In this document: positions 9,063 to 17,899 of the stretch, piece after piece
Position numbering within the stretch: position 1 is the first letter of the stretch
How the letters are laid out: each line of letters opens with the position of its first letter
NCBI GenBank assembly: GCA_009886115.1
Contig: VFJJ01000139.1
Location: forward strand, 1 to 35,161
Source of the DNA: Actinomycetota bacterium
GTDB taxonomy: Bacteria; Actinomycetota; Acidimicrobiia; IMCC26256; VFJJ01
Length of the DNA: 35,161 bases
Direction of reading: 5' to 3'
The notes under the pieces: model-generated
The model's database searches: none
The model's input: only the letters and a program-made list of their open reading frames with translations
What the model was told of the DNA's origin: nothing
Position numbers and translations under genes: made by a program

Positions 9063-10222
9063 TGGCTGCTCGTCCGGCTGCGGTGATCGGCATCGGTCAG
9101 ACCGAGTACAAGACCCGTCGCCCAGACGTGTCGCTGGAGGGCCTGGTGCGCGAGGCCGCGCTGCGCGCCCTGGCCGACGCCGAGCTGACGTTCAAGGACA
9201 TCGACGCCATCGTGCTGGGCAAGGCGCCCGACGCCATCGAGGGCGTCATGATGCCCGAGCTCTCGCTGGCCGACGCGCTCGGTGCGGTGGGCAAGCCCAT
9301 CCACCGCGTCCACACCGCGGGTTCGGTCGGGGCGTCGACGGCGATCTCGGCCACGACGCTCGTCGAGTCGGGCCGCTACGAGCGGGTGCTCGTGGTGTGC
9401 TACGAGAAGCAGTCGGAGGGCAACGCCACCTGGGCGCTCTCGGGCGGCAAGTCGGGTGGCCAGGGCGCCGGCGGCTCGTTCGCCCCCTGGATCCGGCGCT
9501 ACATCCAGCGGTCCAAGGCCCCCGAGCACATCGGCTGGCACGTCGCCGTCAAGGACCGCCTGAACGCACTGAAGAATCCGTACGCCCACTTGAAGATCCC
9601 CGACATCTCGATCGAGAAGGTCAAGGAATCCCCGATGCTGTGGGACCCGCTGCACTTCCTCGAGTCGTGCCCGTCGTCCGACGGCGCGGCTTCGGTGGTG
9701 ATCGGCTCCGAAGCCGCAGTGGCGAAGGCGCCCCGTAAGCCGGCGTGGATCATCGCCCACGCCAAGCGCACCGAATTCACGATGTTCCCGGGACGCGACA
9801 CCGTCCGTCCCCAAGCGGGCGTCGAGTGCGCCGAGGCGCTCTACAAGAAGGCCGGCATCACCAACCCCCGCAGGCAGATCGACTGCGCCGAGCTGTACGT
9901 GCCGTTCTCGTGGTACGAGCCGATGTGGCTCGAGGGTCATCTCATCGCTCCGCAGTGGGAGGGATGGAAGATGACCGACGAGGGCGCAACCGAGATCAGC
10001 GGCGACTTCCCCGTCAACATGTCGGGTGGGGTGCTGTCGTCGAACCCCATCGGCGCCTCGGGCCTCATCCGCTGTCTGGAAGCCGCGAACCAGGTACGCG
10101 GTACCGCCGGCGAGTACCAGGTCGACGGGGCCAACGTGGCCCTGGGTCACGCCTACGGTGGCGCCGCCAACTACTTCGCCATGTGGATCGTCAGCGCCGA
10201 CCTCAACCCCACCTACAAGTAG
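9062..10222 (+). CDS. ltp3: SCPx-type thiolase-fold protein Ltp3 (aldol-lyase component)
   Basis: GKAPDAIEGVMMPEL, RVHTAGSVG, EKQSE, YVPFSWYEPMWLE, SNPIGASG and GHAYGG match Rv3523/Ltp3; start overlaps the ltp4 stop. Confidence 0.9.
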   Translation: MAARPAAVIGIGQTEYKTRRPDVSLEGLVREAALRALADAELTFKDIDAIVLGKAPDAIEGVMMPELSLADALGAVGKPIHRVHTAGSVGASTAISATTLVESGRYERVLVVCYEKQSEGNATWALSGGKSGGQGAGGSFAPWIRRYIQRSKAPEHIGWHVAVKDRLNALKNPYAHLKIPDISIEKVKESPMLWDPLHFLESCPSSDGAASVVIGSEAAVAKAPRKPAWIIAHAKRTEFTMFPGRDTVRPQAGVECAEALYKKAGITNPRRQIDCAELYVPFSWYEPMWLEGHLIAPQWEGWKMTDEGATEISGDFPVNMSGGVLSSNPIGASGLIRCLEAANQVRGTAGEYQVDGANVALGHAYGGAANYFAMWIVSADLNPTYK

Positions 10223-10234
10223 GCCCCGCCCCGG

Positions 10235-10285
10235 CGTTCTTTGCGTCCCAGGTCACTGCCGGAGCCGTCGTGGACGCAAAGAACG
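10235..10285. repeat. REP-like palindromic element, copy 1
   Basis: Perfect 14 bp arms CGTTCTTTGCGTCC / GGACGCAAAGAACG with a 23 nt spacer; related copy at 26284-26332. Confidence 0.8.
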
Positions 10286-10319
10286 GGTCGAGCCCGACCC
10301 CGGGCAGGTGGCCGTCCCT

Positions 10320-11313
10320 GCCCGAGCCGTCGAGGCCAACCCGTATCCCGTCCGCAAGGAGCTGCCCGAGTGGGCCGACCGGCTCGTGAGCCGGGGGACG
10401 TTGATGTCGCTCGGCGCGGCGACCACGCTCACCGAGGACTTCTCACCACCCTCCCTCGAGCTTGCGGCCGAGCTCGCTCGCCGTGAGGCCGAAGATGTCC
10501 GTACCAAGGGCGCGGCGCTGATCGCCATGCTGTTCAAGGGCTTGCTGGAACGCGGGGTCGAGACGATGCTGTCGACGCCGGCTCGCGAGCTCGTGGTCGC
10601 CGACGGCGAGGTGATCGGCGTTCGGGTCGAGCACGACGGCGCCTCGATGCTGGTCGGAACCCGCAACGGAGTCGTGCTGGCCTGTGGCGGCTATGAGTGG
10701 AACCCCGACCTGGTGAGGGCCCACATCGGCTACGAGGTGCACCCGCTCAGCCCGCCGAACAACGTGGGCGACGGGTTGACGATGGCCACCGAGGCCGGCG
10801 CCCAGCTCGGAAACATGACGTCGTACTGGGGCACCCCGGTGATGTTCGACCCCGACATCACCCGCGACGGTTCGATGGTGCCGCAGTTCGAGTGGGGACG
10901 AGGCGCGCCGGCCTCGATCGTCGTGAATCGCCACGGCAAGCGCTTCGCCAACGAGGCCCTCCCCTACAACGACTTCCCCAAGGCGTTCGGCACGTTCGAC
11001 GGAACCACGCAGGAGTTCCCCAACGCCGGGCCGGCCTACCTGGTGTTCGACCAAAGCGGGCATCGACGTCGACGGGCTCGAGTCCACCGTTGCCCGGTTC
11101 AACGAGCACGCAGCTCACAGCGAGGACCCCGATTTCGACCGCCACCGGGTGGGGCTCATGACCCCCGGTCAGGTCGCGCCCATCGTGAAGCCGTCGTTCT
11201 ACGCCGTGGCGATGTTCCCCGGGATGCTGGGCACCAACAGCGGCCCGCGCCTCGACCGCAATGGCCAGGTGCTGCGCCGAGGCGGTGGGGTGATCGGCGG
11301 GCTGTACGCCGCC
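10320..11313 (+). pseudogene. KstD-like (3-ketosteroid delta1-dehydrogenase / FAD_binding_2) pseudogene
   Basis: RAVEANP, GVVLACGGYEWN, GDGLTMA..GA, RFANEALPY and YLVFDQ in one frame, then a frame change near 11055 to GIDVDGLESTVARFN..DPDFDR..FYAV..PGMLGTNSG..GLYAA. The N-terminal GxGxxG and the C-terminus are absent. Confidence 0.85.
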
Positions 11314-11380
11314 ACCCCGTTCAGCACCTGTCGCTCAGGGGGGCTCTGTTGCTCTCGAGCGCCAGGTGCGCGCGGGGTGG
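11312..11380. repeat. Imperfect inverted repeat at the 3' breakpoint of the kstD remnant
   Basis: CCACCCCG..GCACCTG.CGCTC pairs with GAGCG.CAGGTGC..CGGGGTGG. Confidence 0.6.
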
Positions 11381-11418
11381 TTGGCGGCGGCCGGGCGGGC
11401 CGCGTGAGGCGGGACGTG

Positions 11419-11898
11419 TCAGAGGGGACGGGTCTCGGGCAGACGGACGAGGGGGATGGTCCGGTCGGTCTTGGCCTGGTAGTTGGTGTACCAGGCACGG
11501 TCTTCGACGAGCTGGTCCCAGATGCGACGGTGCTCGTCACCTTCGAGGATCTCGGGGACCGACCAGAACGACCCGCCCTGCACCCGCACGAGGATCTCGG
11601 GGTTGGCGCCGCGGTCGGCCAGGTTCACGAACCACGACGGGTCCTTCGGCGCCCCGGCGAAGGACGCGACCACGATGCGGGCGCCGTCGGCATCACGCCA
11701 GAACGGCAGCGCCACCTTGTGCTGCGTACCGGTCTTGCGACCGATCGTACGGATCACCACGTGATGCATACCGGCCTGCACCCACACGGCTGGGTCGTCG
11801 CTCGACTCCATGGCCTGCACGTGCATCTTGGTGATGGCGGGGATCTCCTCGAGCGACGGTGTCTCCCACGCCTGCTCGACCTTCTGGTCTGTCGCCAC
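11419..11898 (-). CDS. F420H2-dependent (deazaflavin) nitroreductase/quinone reductase, Ddn family
   Basis: TIGRKTG, IVVASFAGAPKDPSWFVNL and YQAKTDRTIPLVRL motifs. Confidence 0.88.
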   Translation of the reverse strand: MATDQKVEQAWETPSLEEIPAITKMHVQAMESSDDPAVWVQAGMHHVVIRTIGRKTGTQHKVALPFWRDADGARIVVASFAGAPKDPSWFVNLADRGANPEILVRVQGGSFWSVPEILEGDEHRRIWDQLVEDRAWYTNYQAKTDRTIPLVRLPETRPL

Positions 11899-11941
11899 GG
11901 TTGCGCTCCCTGATCCGATTTCCTGTTGCGGGACGGCGACC

Positions 11942-12678
11942 CTAGCTGGTGACGGCCTCGTCGAGCGGGGCGATGGCCTGCTCGTTCCAACCCAGGTACA
12001 GGTGCCCCCACGCCGGCACCACGTCGAGCTGCTCGAGCTGGGTGGCGGCCGGGAAGACGATGTCGGCGTAACGAGCCGTGTCGGTCATGAACTGCTCGCT
12101 CACGACGCACAACAGCTCGTCGTTCGCCATGCCCTGGCGGGTGAGCGCGGCGTTGGGGACGGTCACCACCGGGTTGCCGTTCCAGACGAACAGCGCTCGC
12201 ACGGGCGGGGCGAGCGACTCGTCGGTGAGCGCCCGACCGAGATGGTTCATGCTGATCGACCGGGGGACCCCGTCGGACGCAGGTGCGGAGCGGCGTAGGC
12301 GCCGGAATCGACGGTATCGTCGAACCATGACCCGACGCTGCGCGAGAACCCGCCACCCCGTTCGCGCCAAGCTCCGGTGAGCGCGGGCAGGCAACTGAGC
12401 GTGCGGAAGAACATGGCTCCGTGCTCGTGATGCTCGGCACCGATGAGCGTGCGGATGAACGCCTTGCGGGTGCTGCCGTAGAGCGCTGCGAGACGTTCCA
12501 CGTCGGCCGGGTCGAGACCGCACACCGCCGCGGCACGCGTCGGAGGCCAGGCGGCTGCCCGATCAGCGAGCTCGTCGAAGCCCGACGTGTAGCGCTCGAT
12601 GTAGTCGTGGTCGAGCAGGTCGTCGCGCACGAGCACATGGATCAGCCCGAGCATGAGCGCCACATCGGTGCCGGGCTG
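11942..12678 (-). pseudogene. Internal fragment of a molybdopterin-binding oxidoreductase, frameshifted and truncated at both ends
   Basis: PGTDVALMLG..DYIERYTSGFDEL..LPALTGAW in one frame; NPVVTVPN..VVSEQFMTDTARYADIVFPAATQLE in another (shift near 12275-12300). No 4Fe-4S N-terminus or C-terminal domain. Confidence 0.85.
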
Positions 12679-12749
12679 AGTGTTCGAAGCGGCCGTCAGT
12701 CCCGGCCGGCTGAGTTTCTGACCGGGCCTTCCCGAGACCTGAACTGAGC

Positions 12750-13994
12750 TCAGGCGGGGACGGGTTCCCGGCGGGCGCCGGCGGTGAAGGCGACGGGCAT
12801 GTGCTTGACGCCGCCGATGAAGTTCGACCGGAGGATCTTGGGCTCGTCGACCACGCGCATGTCGGGGATGCGCTCGAGGATCTCGCGGAAGATCAGCTTC
12901 AGTTCCATCCGGGCCAGGTTGGCACCAAGACAGAAGTGGGGCCCACCGCCGCCGAAGGCGATGTGCTCGTTGGGCCAGCGGGTGATGTCGAAACGGAAGG
13001 GGTCGGCGAACACGTCCTCGTCGCGGTTGGCGGAGATGTGCCACATCACGACCTTGTCGCCCTTGGCGATGGGCACGCCACGGATCACGTCGTCGGCGAG
13101 GGCCGTGCGGCGGAAGTGGTAGACGGGCGAGGCCCAGCGCAGCATCTCCTCGACCGCGTGGTCGATCAGCCCGTCGGGGTCGGCTCGCAACGCCGCGTAC
13201 TGCTCGGGATGCTGCATGAGTGCCCACATGCCCCACGAGGTCGTGTTCCGGGTGGTCTCGTTACCAGCCACCGTCAACAACAGCATGAACGTGTCGAACT
13301 CGAACTCGGTGAGCTTGTCGCCGGCGATCTCGGCGTTGATGAGCTTGGTGACGATGTCGTCGCGGGGGTCGCTGCGGCGGAGCTTGGCCAGCTCGTTGAC
13401 GTACTGGTACAGCTCGAACGACGCCATGGCCCCGTCGTCGGACGCATACTCGGGATCGTCCATGCCGATCATCTTGTTCGACCACTCGAACAGCAGCCGG
13501 CGGTCTTCCTGGGGCACGCCCATGATCTCGGCGATCGCCTGGAGCGGCAGCTCCGACGCCAGGTCTTCGACGAAGTCGCACGAACCCCGTTCGATGATGT
13601 TGTCGACGATGAGCCGCGAACGGTGGAGCAGGTACTGCTCGAGGAGGCCGATCATGCGGGGTGTGAAGCCCTTGTTGACGAGCAGGCGGTAGCGCGTGTG
13701 CTTGGGGGCGTCCATCCACAGCATCAGCACGCCCCGCTGGTCGAGCTGGCCTTCCATGCGGGGAGACTCGCCGTGGGTGTAGATCGCCGTGCCCCCGACC
13801 TCGGACGAGTAGGTGTCGGCGTCGCGATTGACAGCCACGACGTCGGCGTGCTTTGTGAGGTTCCAGAACCCTTGGCCCTCGGGCAGATCGTGCCAGGCGA
13901 CGGGCTCCTCGGCCCGGAGTTTCGTGAACATCTCGTGGTGCCCGAGCCGCTGGAATCGGTCGAGGTCGAGCAGATCGATGCCGGGTGTCTTCAC
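12750..13994 (-). CDS. Cytochrome P450, CYP125/CYP124/CYP142-like
   Basis: VAGNETT I-helix, EEMLR, FGGGGPHFCLG heme motif, ELPLQAIAE; GGGAG RBS before GTG 13994. Confidence 0.9.
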   Translation of the reverse strand: MKTPGIDLLDLDRFQRLGHHEMFTKLRAEEPVAWHDLPEGQGFWNLTKHADVVAVNRDADTYSSEVGGTAIYTHGESPRMEGQLDQRGVLMLWMDAPKHTRYRLLVNKGFTPRMIGLLEQYLLHRSRLIVDNIIERGSCDFVEDLASELPLQAIAEIMGVPQEDRRLLFEWSNKMIGMDDPEYASDDGAMASFELYQYVNELAKLRRSDPRDDIVTKLINAEIAGDKLTEFEFDTFMLLLTVAGNETTRNTTSWGMWALMQHPEQYAALRADPDGLIDHAVEEMLRWASPVYHFRRTALADDVIRGVPIAKGDKVVMWHISANRDEDVFADPFRFDITRWPNEHIAFGGGGPHFCLGANLARMELKLIFREILERIPDMRVVDEPKILRSNFIGGVKHMPVAFTAGARREPVPA

Positions 13995-14126
13995 GGTGGT
14001 GCTCCCATGCTCTCGCGGTGTTGCTCGGTCTGGGCGGCGCTGCATGGTGTTGGCGCAGACCGGGCGCGGGTCGATGCCCTCGGTGCGATGACGCTAGACG
14101 GTGATGTCGTCGATGCGCTTCACGTC

Positions 14127-14954
14127 CTACTTGGCGTTGAAGCCGGCGTCGACGGGGAGCTGCACCCCGGTGATGTACCTCGACGCGTCCGATGCCAGGA
14201 ACAGCACGGCGTCGCTGATGTCGCGGGGCGCCAGCGTGGCGATGGGCATGAGGTTCGAGAGGCTCGCGCCCAGGTCGGGGAACGACGTGAGGAAGGCCGT
14301 CATCTGGTCGTTGTTGATCATCATCGTGTCGACCGGGCACGGGTGGATGGTGTTCACACGGATCATGTAGGGCGCCAACGACTGCGCGAAGCACTTCATC
14401 AGGCCCACGACGCCGAACTTGCTCGCGGCGTACGACTCGCTCCCGAGCATCCCGGGTGATCCGAAGCCCTTCAAGCCCGCGGTCGACGACGTGAGGATGA
14501 TCGAGCCGCCCTGGTTGCGCTCCATCATCCCCGGAGCGCACGCGCGCACGGTGTTCCACACGCCCTTGCAGTTGACCTCGAGCGTGGCGTCCCAACAGTC
14601 GCTCAGGACGTCGTCCGTCGGCTCCAGGCTCATGGTCGAGATGCCGGCGTTGGCCGATACGACGTCGATGTGGCCGAGCTCGGCGACGCCCCGCTCGACC
14701 GCAGCTCGCAGCTGACCGATCTCGCGCACGTCGGCCTTCACGGCGACGATCCGGCGGTCGAGCTCGTTGACGAGGCGCTCGGTCTCGGCGAGGTCGGCCT
14801 CCGAGGCCATCGGATAGCCGACCTCGGCGATGTCGACGCAGCAGTCGACGGCGATGATGTCGGCCCCTTCCTCGGCGAGGCGTACGGCGTGTGAGCGGCC
14901 CTGGCCCCGGCCGGCCCCGGTGATGAACGCGACCTTTCCGTCCAACTGTCCCAT
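14127..14954 (-). CDS. Mycofactocin-coupled SDR oxidoreductase
   Basis: GKVAFITGAGRGQGRSHAVRLAEEGADIIAVD plus the characteristic insertion (IAEVGYPMASEADLAET) and YAASK; GGGGAG RBS. Confidence 0.9.
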   Translation of the reverse strand: MGQLDGKVAFITGAGRGQGRSHAVRLAEEGADIIAVDCCVDIAEVGYPMASEADLAETERLVNELDRRIVAVKADVREIGQLRAAVERGVAELGHIDVVSANAGISTMSLEPTDDVLSDCWDATLEVNCKGVWNTVRACAPGMMERNQGGSIILTSSTAGLKGFGSPGMLGSESYAASKFGVVGLMKCFAQSLAPYMIRVNTIHPCPVDTMMINNDQMTAFLTSFPDLGASLSNLMPIATLAPRDISDAVLFLASDASRYITGVQLPVDAGFNAK

Positions 14955-15035
14955 GATGATCTCCCCGAACGTGTGTGTGATGGCGAGAGCATCCTCGCCC
15001 ACTGCGAGGCCTCGCCGCCACGAGCTGCCCGCTCC

Positions 15036-15065
15036 TTGACTGATCGAACACACATTCGATACGAT
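15036..15065 (+). promoter_or_regulatory. Sigma-A-like promoter with an actinobacterial LexA (SOS) box in the spacer
   Basis: TTGACT (15036-41), 18 nt spacer, TACGAT (15060-65). TCGAAC-ACAC-ATTCGA at 15044-59 has one mismatch to TCGAAC-N4-GTTCGA. Confidence 0.7.
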
Positions 15066-15162
15066 GATCCCGATCCGGGTTCTGCTCGATCGAGCCTCCC
15101 TGGGGACGTACCGGTCGACCCGGCGCCGAACGGCCTTGTCGAGCTCGTCCCGGGGAGTCATC

Positions 15163-15609
15163 ATGGCAGTCAATGAACGTGATCGGTACCGCCTCTTCGA
15201 GGCCGTCCAGCAGCAACTCGGTGTCGACGTGGCCGATACGCTGATGCAGCTGCTCCCACCCGTTGGTTGGGCCGATGTCGCGCTCAAACGTGATCTGGAC
15301 CAGATGGAACTTCTCCTGCGCTCCGACCTCGATCGCACCCGGACCGAGCTCTCCGCGGCGCTGAAGCTCGAGGTTTCGGGGTTGCGGGCCGAGATGCACC
15401 GGGAGTTCGGTGCGGTGCGGGCCGAGATGCACCGGGAGTTCGGTGCGGTGCGGGCTGAGATGGGCGGGTTGCGGGCTGAGATGCACCAGGAGCTCGGTCG
15501 TGTGTCGCAGCGCATCGGAGAGCAGACCCGTACGCTCGTTCTGACGATGATGACGATGCAGCTCGCCACGATCGGCGCGACCGTGGCGGCGATCGCCCGG
15601 TTCGCCTGA
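15163..15609 (+). CDS. DUF1640/CCDC90-like coiled-coil protein with a C-terminal membrane anchor
   Basis: Helical head, PPVGWADVALKRDL neck-like motif, repetitive coiled coil, hydrophobic C-terminus; GGGGAG RBS. Confidence 0.7.
   Translation: MAVNERDRYRLFEAVQQQLGVDVADTLMQLLPPVGWADVALKRDLDQMELLLRSDLDRTRTELSAALKLEVSGLRAEMHREFGAVRAEMHREFGAVRAEMGGLRAEMHQELGRVSQRIGEQTRTLVLTMMTMQLATIGATVAAIARFA
15383..15492 (+). repeat. 33 bp in-frame tandem repeat (11 aa hendecad, RAEMHREFGAV)
   Basis: Two exact copies at 15383-15415 and 15416-15448, plus two partial copies. Confidence 0.9.
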
Positions 15610-15632
15610 GCCCCGACGCTGATCCGCCGGCT

Positions 15633-16847
15633 TCAGCTCACGACCAGCGGGAGGCGTGTCCAGCCGATCTGGAACTCCGATGGCGGCCGCTCAGCCGCCG
15701 ACAGGTCGACCTCGTAGCGGGGCCACCGGCCGATCACGCCCTGCACCAGCGCGACACCGACGGCTCGTGCCGGATGAGCGCCGATGCAGAAGTGCACCCC
15801 GTGGCCGAAGCCGAGCTGACGGGGGATCTCGCGATGGATGGAGAACCGGTCGGGGTCCGGGAACTCGCGCTCGTCCCGATTCGCCGACTGGAGGAGCACG
15901 AGCGCCCGCTGACCGGCCCGCATCGGTTGACCTCCGATCACGGTGTCGCGCACCAGCGTCCGCCCCACGAACTGGAGCACTCCCTCGAGGCGCATGATCT
16001 CCTCGAAGGCCCGGGGCACGAGATCTGGATCGGCGTGCAGCTCCGCTCGCTGTTCAGCGAGCCTCGAGAGGCGCAGAAGTCCGCCGGCGACGATCTTGGG
16101 GAGGGTCTCGACCCCGCCGACCAGCAGGGTCACGAGCTGGGTGGCGATCTCCTCGTCCGACAGCGACCCGCCGTCGTGACGCCGCAGCATCGTGACGAGG
16201 TCCGGCGGGGCGCCCGGCTCTCCTGAACCTCGGTTCGGTTGCGAGCGCACGAGCCCGGTGAGGATCGCGTGCAGCGCGCGGTGCGCTTCAACTCCAGCGT
16301 CGGTGAGCCCCGGGCGTCCGGGCTCCCGCCGGGCGAAGGTGTTCACGAGCGTGCCGAGCCGCAGCCCATCGTCGGTCGGCAGGCCGAGGAACGCCAGCGT
16401 CGTGGTGACGGCGACCGGTCCGGCGAGGTCGGCGATCACGTCGAACCGGGTGCTTCCGTCGAGAGCTTCGATCCGGGCCGCGACCACGTCATCGATCGTC
16501 GTCTGCCGGAGGCGCGTGGCTCGCGGGGTGAACGCCCCGAACATGGCCTGGCGGAGCGCGGTGTGCACGGGAGGATCGATCATCGAGAAGCTCGGGACCG
16601 GGCGGCCGACGGCCGTGTCGGGCGGGCCGTCGAGATGACGCAGGAGCCGATCGCGGTGGAACACCGGGCCTTCGACGATCGAGAAGTGCTCACGGTCGTG
16701 CAACACCTGCCAACACTCGCCAAAGCGTGAGAGGGCCCAGGCGTCGTACTGCGGGAGATGGTGGACGGGCGATTCGTCGCGGAGCAGCCGGTAGATCGGG
16801 TGCGGGTCGGTCATGGCCTCGACGGAGAACGGGTCGTACTCGACCAT
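15633..16847 (-). CDS. Cytochrome P450
   Basis: YDPF..DPHPIY, DPPVHT, GGVET, EEIMR, SANRDER and FGHGVHFCIG motifs. Confidence 0.9.
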   Translation of the reverse strand: MVEYDPFSVEAMTDPHPIYRLLRDESPVHHLPQYDAWALSRFGECWQVLHDREHFSIVEGPVFHRDRLLRHLDGPPDTAVGRPVPSFSMIDPPVHTALRQAMFGAFTPRATRLRQTTIDDVVAARIEALDGSTRFDVIADLAGPVAVTTTLAFLGLPTDDGLRLGTLVNTFARREPGRPGLTDAGVEAHRALHAILTGLVRSQPNRGSGEPGAPPDLVTMLRRHDGGSLSDEEIATQLVTLLVGGVETLPKIVAGGLLRLSRLAEQRAELHADPDLVPRAFEEIMRLEGVLQFVGRTLVRDTVIGGQPMRAGQRALVLLQSANRDEREFPDPDRFSIHREIPRQLGFGHGVHFCIGAHPARAVGVALVQGVIGRWPRYEVDLSAAERPPSEFQIGWTRLPLVVS

Positions 16848-16911
16848 GGCCGCGAAACGTACCAGGATGTGGGACCGGCTCGGCAGAGGCGATCTCGGCA
16901 GGGGGACAGGG

Positions 16912-17850
16912 ATGGGACTGCACGATCGGACGGCACCCAGCGCCGAGGAGTACGCGTCGTGGCGTGAGCGGTTCTGCAACTGGGGCCGATGGGGTGCCGA
17001 CGACGAGCTGGGAACGCTCAACCACGTGACACGGGACGTGCGCGTCGGCGCCGCCGACCTCGTCAGGAGCGGGCGGAGCGTGAGCATGGCCCGTCCGATC
17101 GACACCTTCGCCGGGCCGGCCAATCCCTACCCGGCACACCATTTCGTGGCCTGTGCCGACTCCGGCGGGATGCTCGACTACATCGGGATGTTCATCCACG
17201 GGGTGACGCAGACCCACATCGACGCGCTCTGCCATCTGGCCACGGCCGACGGGCGCTTCTGGAACGACAAGCCCGTCGGGGCCCACCACATGCCGGCCGA
17301 GCACAGCGGCACCATCGAGTTCTGGCGCGAGGGCATCGTGACCCGTGGCGTGCTCTACGACATCCCCCGTTTGCGTGGGACGATCTCGGTGGAGCCGGGC
17401 CGGCCCGTGCACGGCTGGGAGCTCGTCGATGCGGCGGCGGCTCAGGGCGTGGTCCCCCGACCGGGCGACGCCGTCATGATCCGCAGCGGGCACGAGGCGT
17501 ACTGGCGGGCTCGGCCCGACGAGCGCCCCGGATTCGGCTTCCCGGGCGGTGTCCACGCCAGCGCCGTCGAGTTCCTCTACGAGACCGACGCCTCGCTGTT
17601 GTGCTGGGACTGGCAGGACGCACCCACGGTCGATCAGGGCATCCCGAACCCGGCGACGCATGCCGTGCCCATGCACGTCCACCATCTTCTCTTGCCGTAC
17701 ATGGGGATGCCGATCATCGACAACGCCGATCTGGAGCGCTTGGCCGAGGCCTGTGCCGAGCTCGGCCGCTACGAGTTCCTGTTCGTGTGCTCGCCACTCG
17801 TGATCCCGCGGGGGACGGGCTCACCGGTCAACCCGCTCGCGGTTTTCTGA
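16912..17850 (+). CDS. Cyclase family metal-dependent hydrolase (kynurenine formamidase-like)
   Basis: NWGRWGADDELGTLN, HGVTQTHIDALCH, GIVTRGVLYD and GTGSPVNPLAVF motifs. Confidence 0.88.
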   Translation: MGLHDRTAPSAEEYASWRERFCNWGRWGADDELGTLNHVTRDVRVGAADLVRSGRSVSMARPIDTFAGPANPYPAHHFVACADSGGMLDYIGMFIHGVTQTHIDALCHLATADGRFWNDKPVGAHHMPAEHSGTIEFWREGIVTRGVLYDIPRLRGTISVEPGRPVHGWELVDAAAAQGVVPRPGDAVMIRSGHEAYWRARPDERPGFGFPGGVHASAVEFLYETDASLLCWDWQDAPTVDQGIPNPATHAVPMHVHHLLLPYMGMPIIDNADLERLAEACAELGRYEFLFVCSPLVIPRGTGSPVNPLAVF

Positions 17851-17899
17851 CCCGACGGCCGACGGCCGAACCCGCCCGAACCCCGCCGCGCGAGTCGCG

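Noticed and set aside
10026..11834. 602 aa ORF as an intact flavoprotein
   Set aside because: Only ~10320-11055 is KstD-like; the rest is out-of-frame ltp3, palindrome and read-through sequence.
12247..13236. 329 aa ORF as a P450/molybdoenzyme-linked gene
   Set aside because: The first part is an alternative frame of the P450; only the part below 12678 is homologous to a molybdoenzyme.
14127..15569. 480 aa ORF suggesting an SDR with a long repetitive N-terminal extension
   Set aside because: The extension is the antisense of the DUF1640-like gene and its repeats; the SDR has its own RBS and start at 14954.
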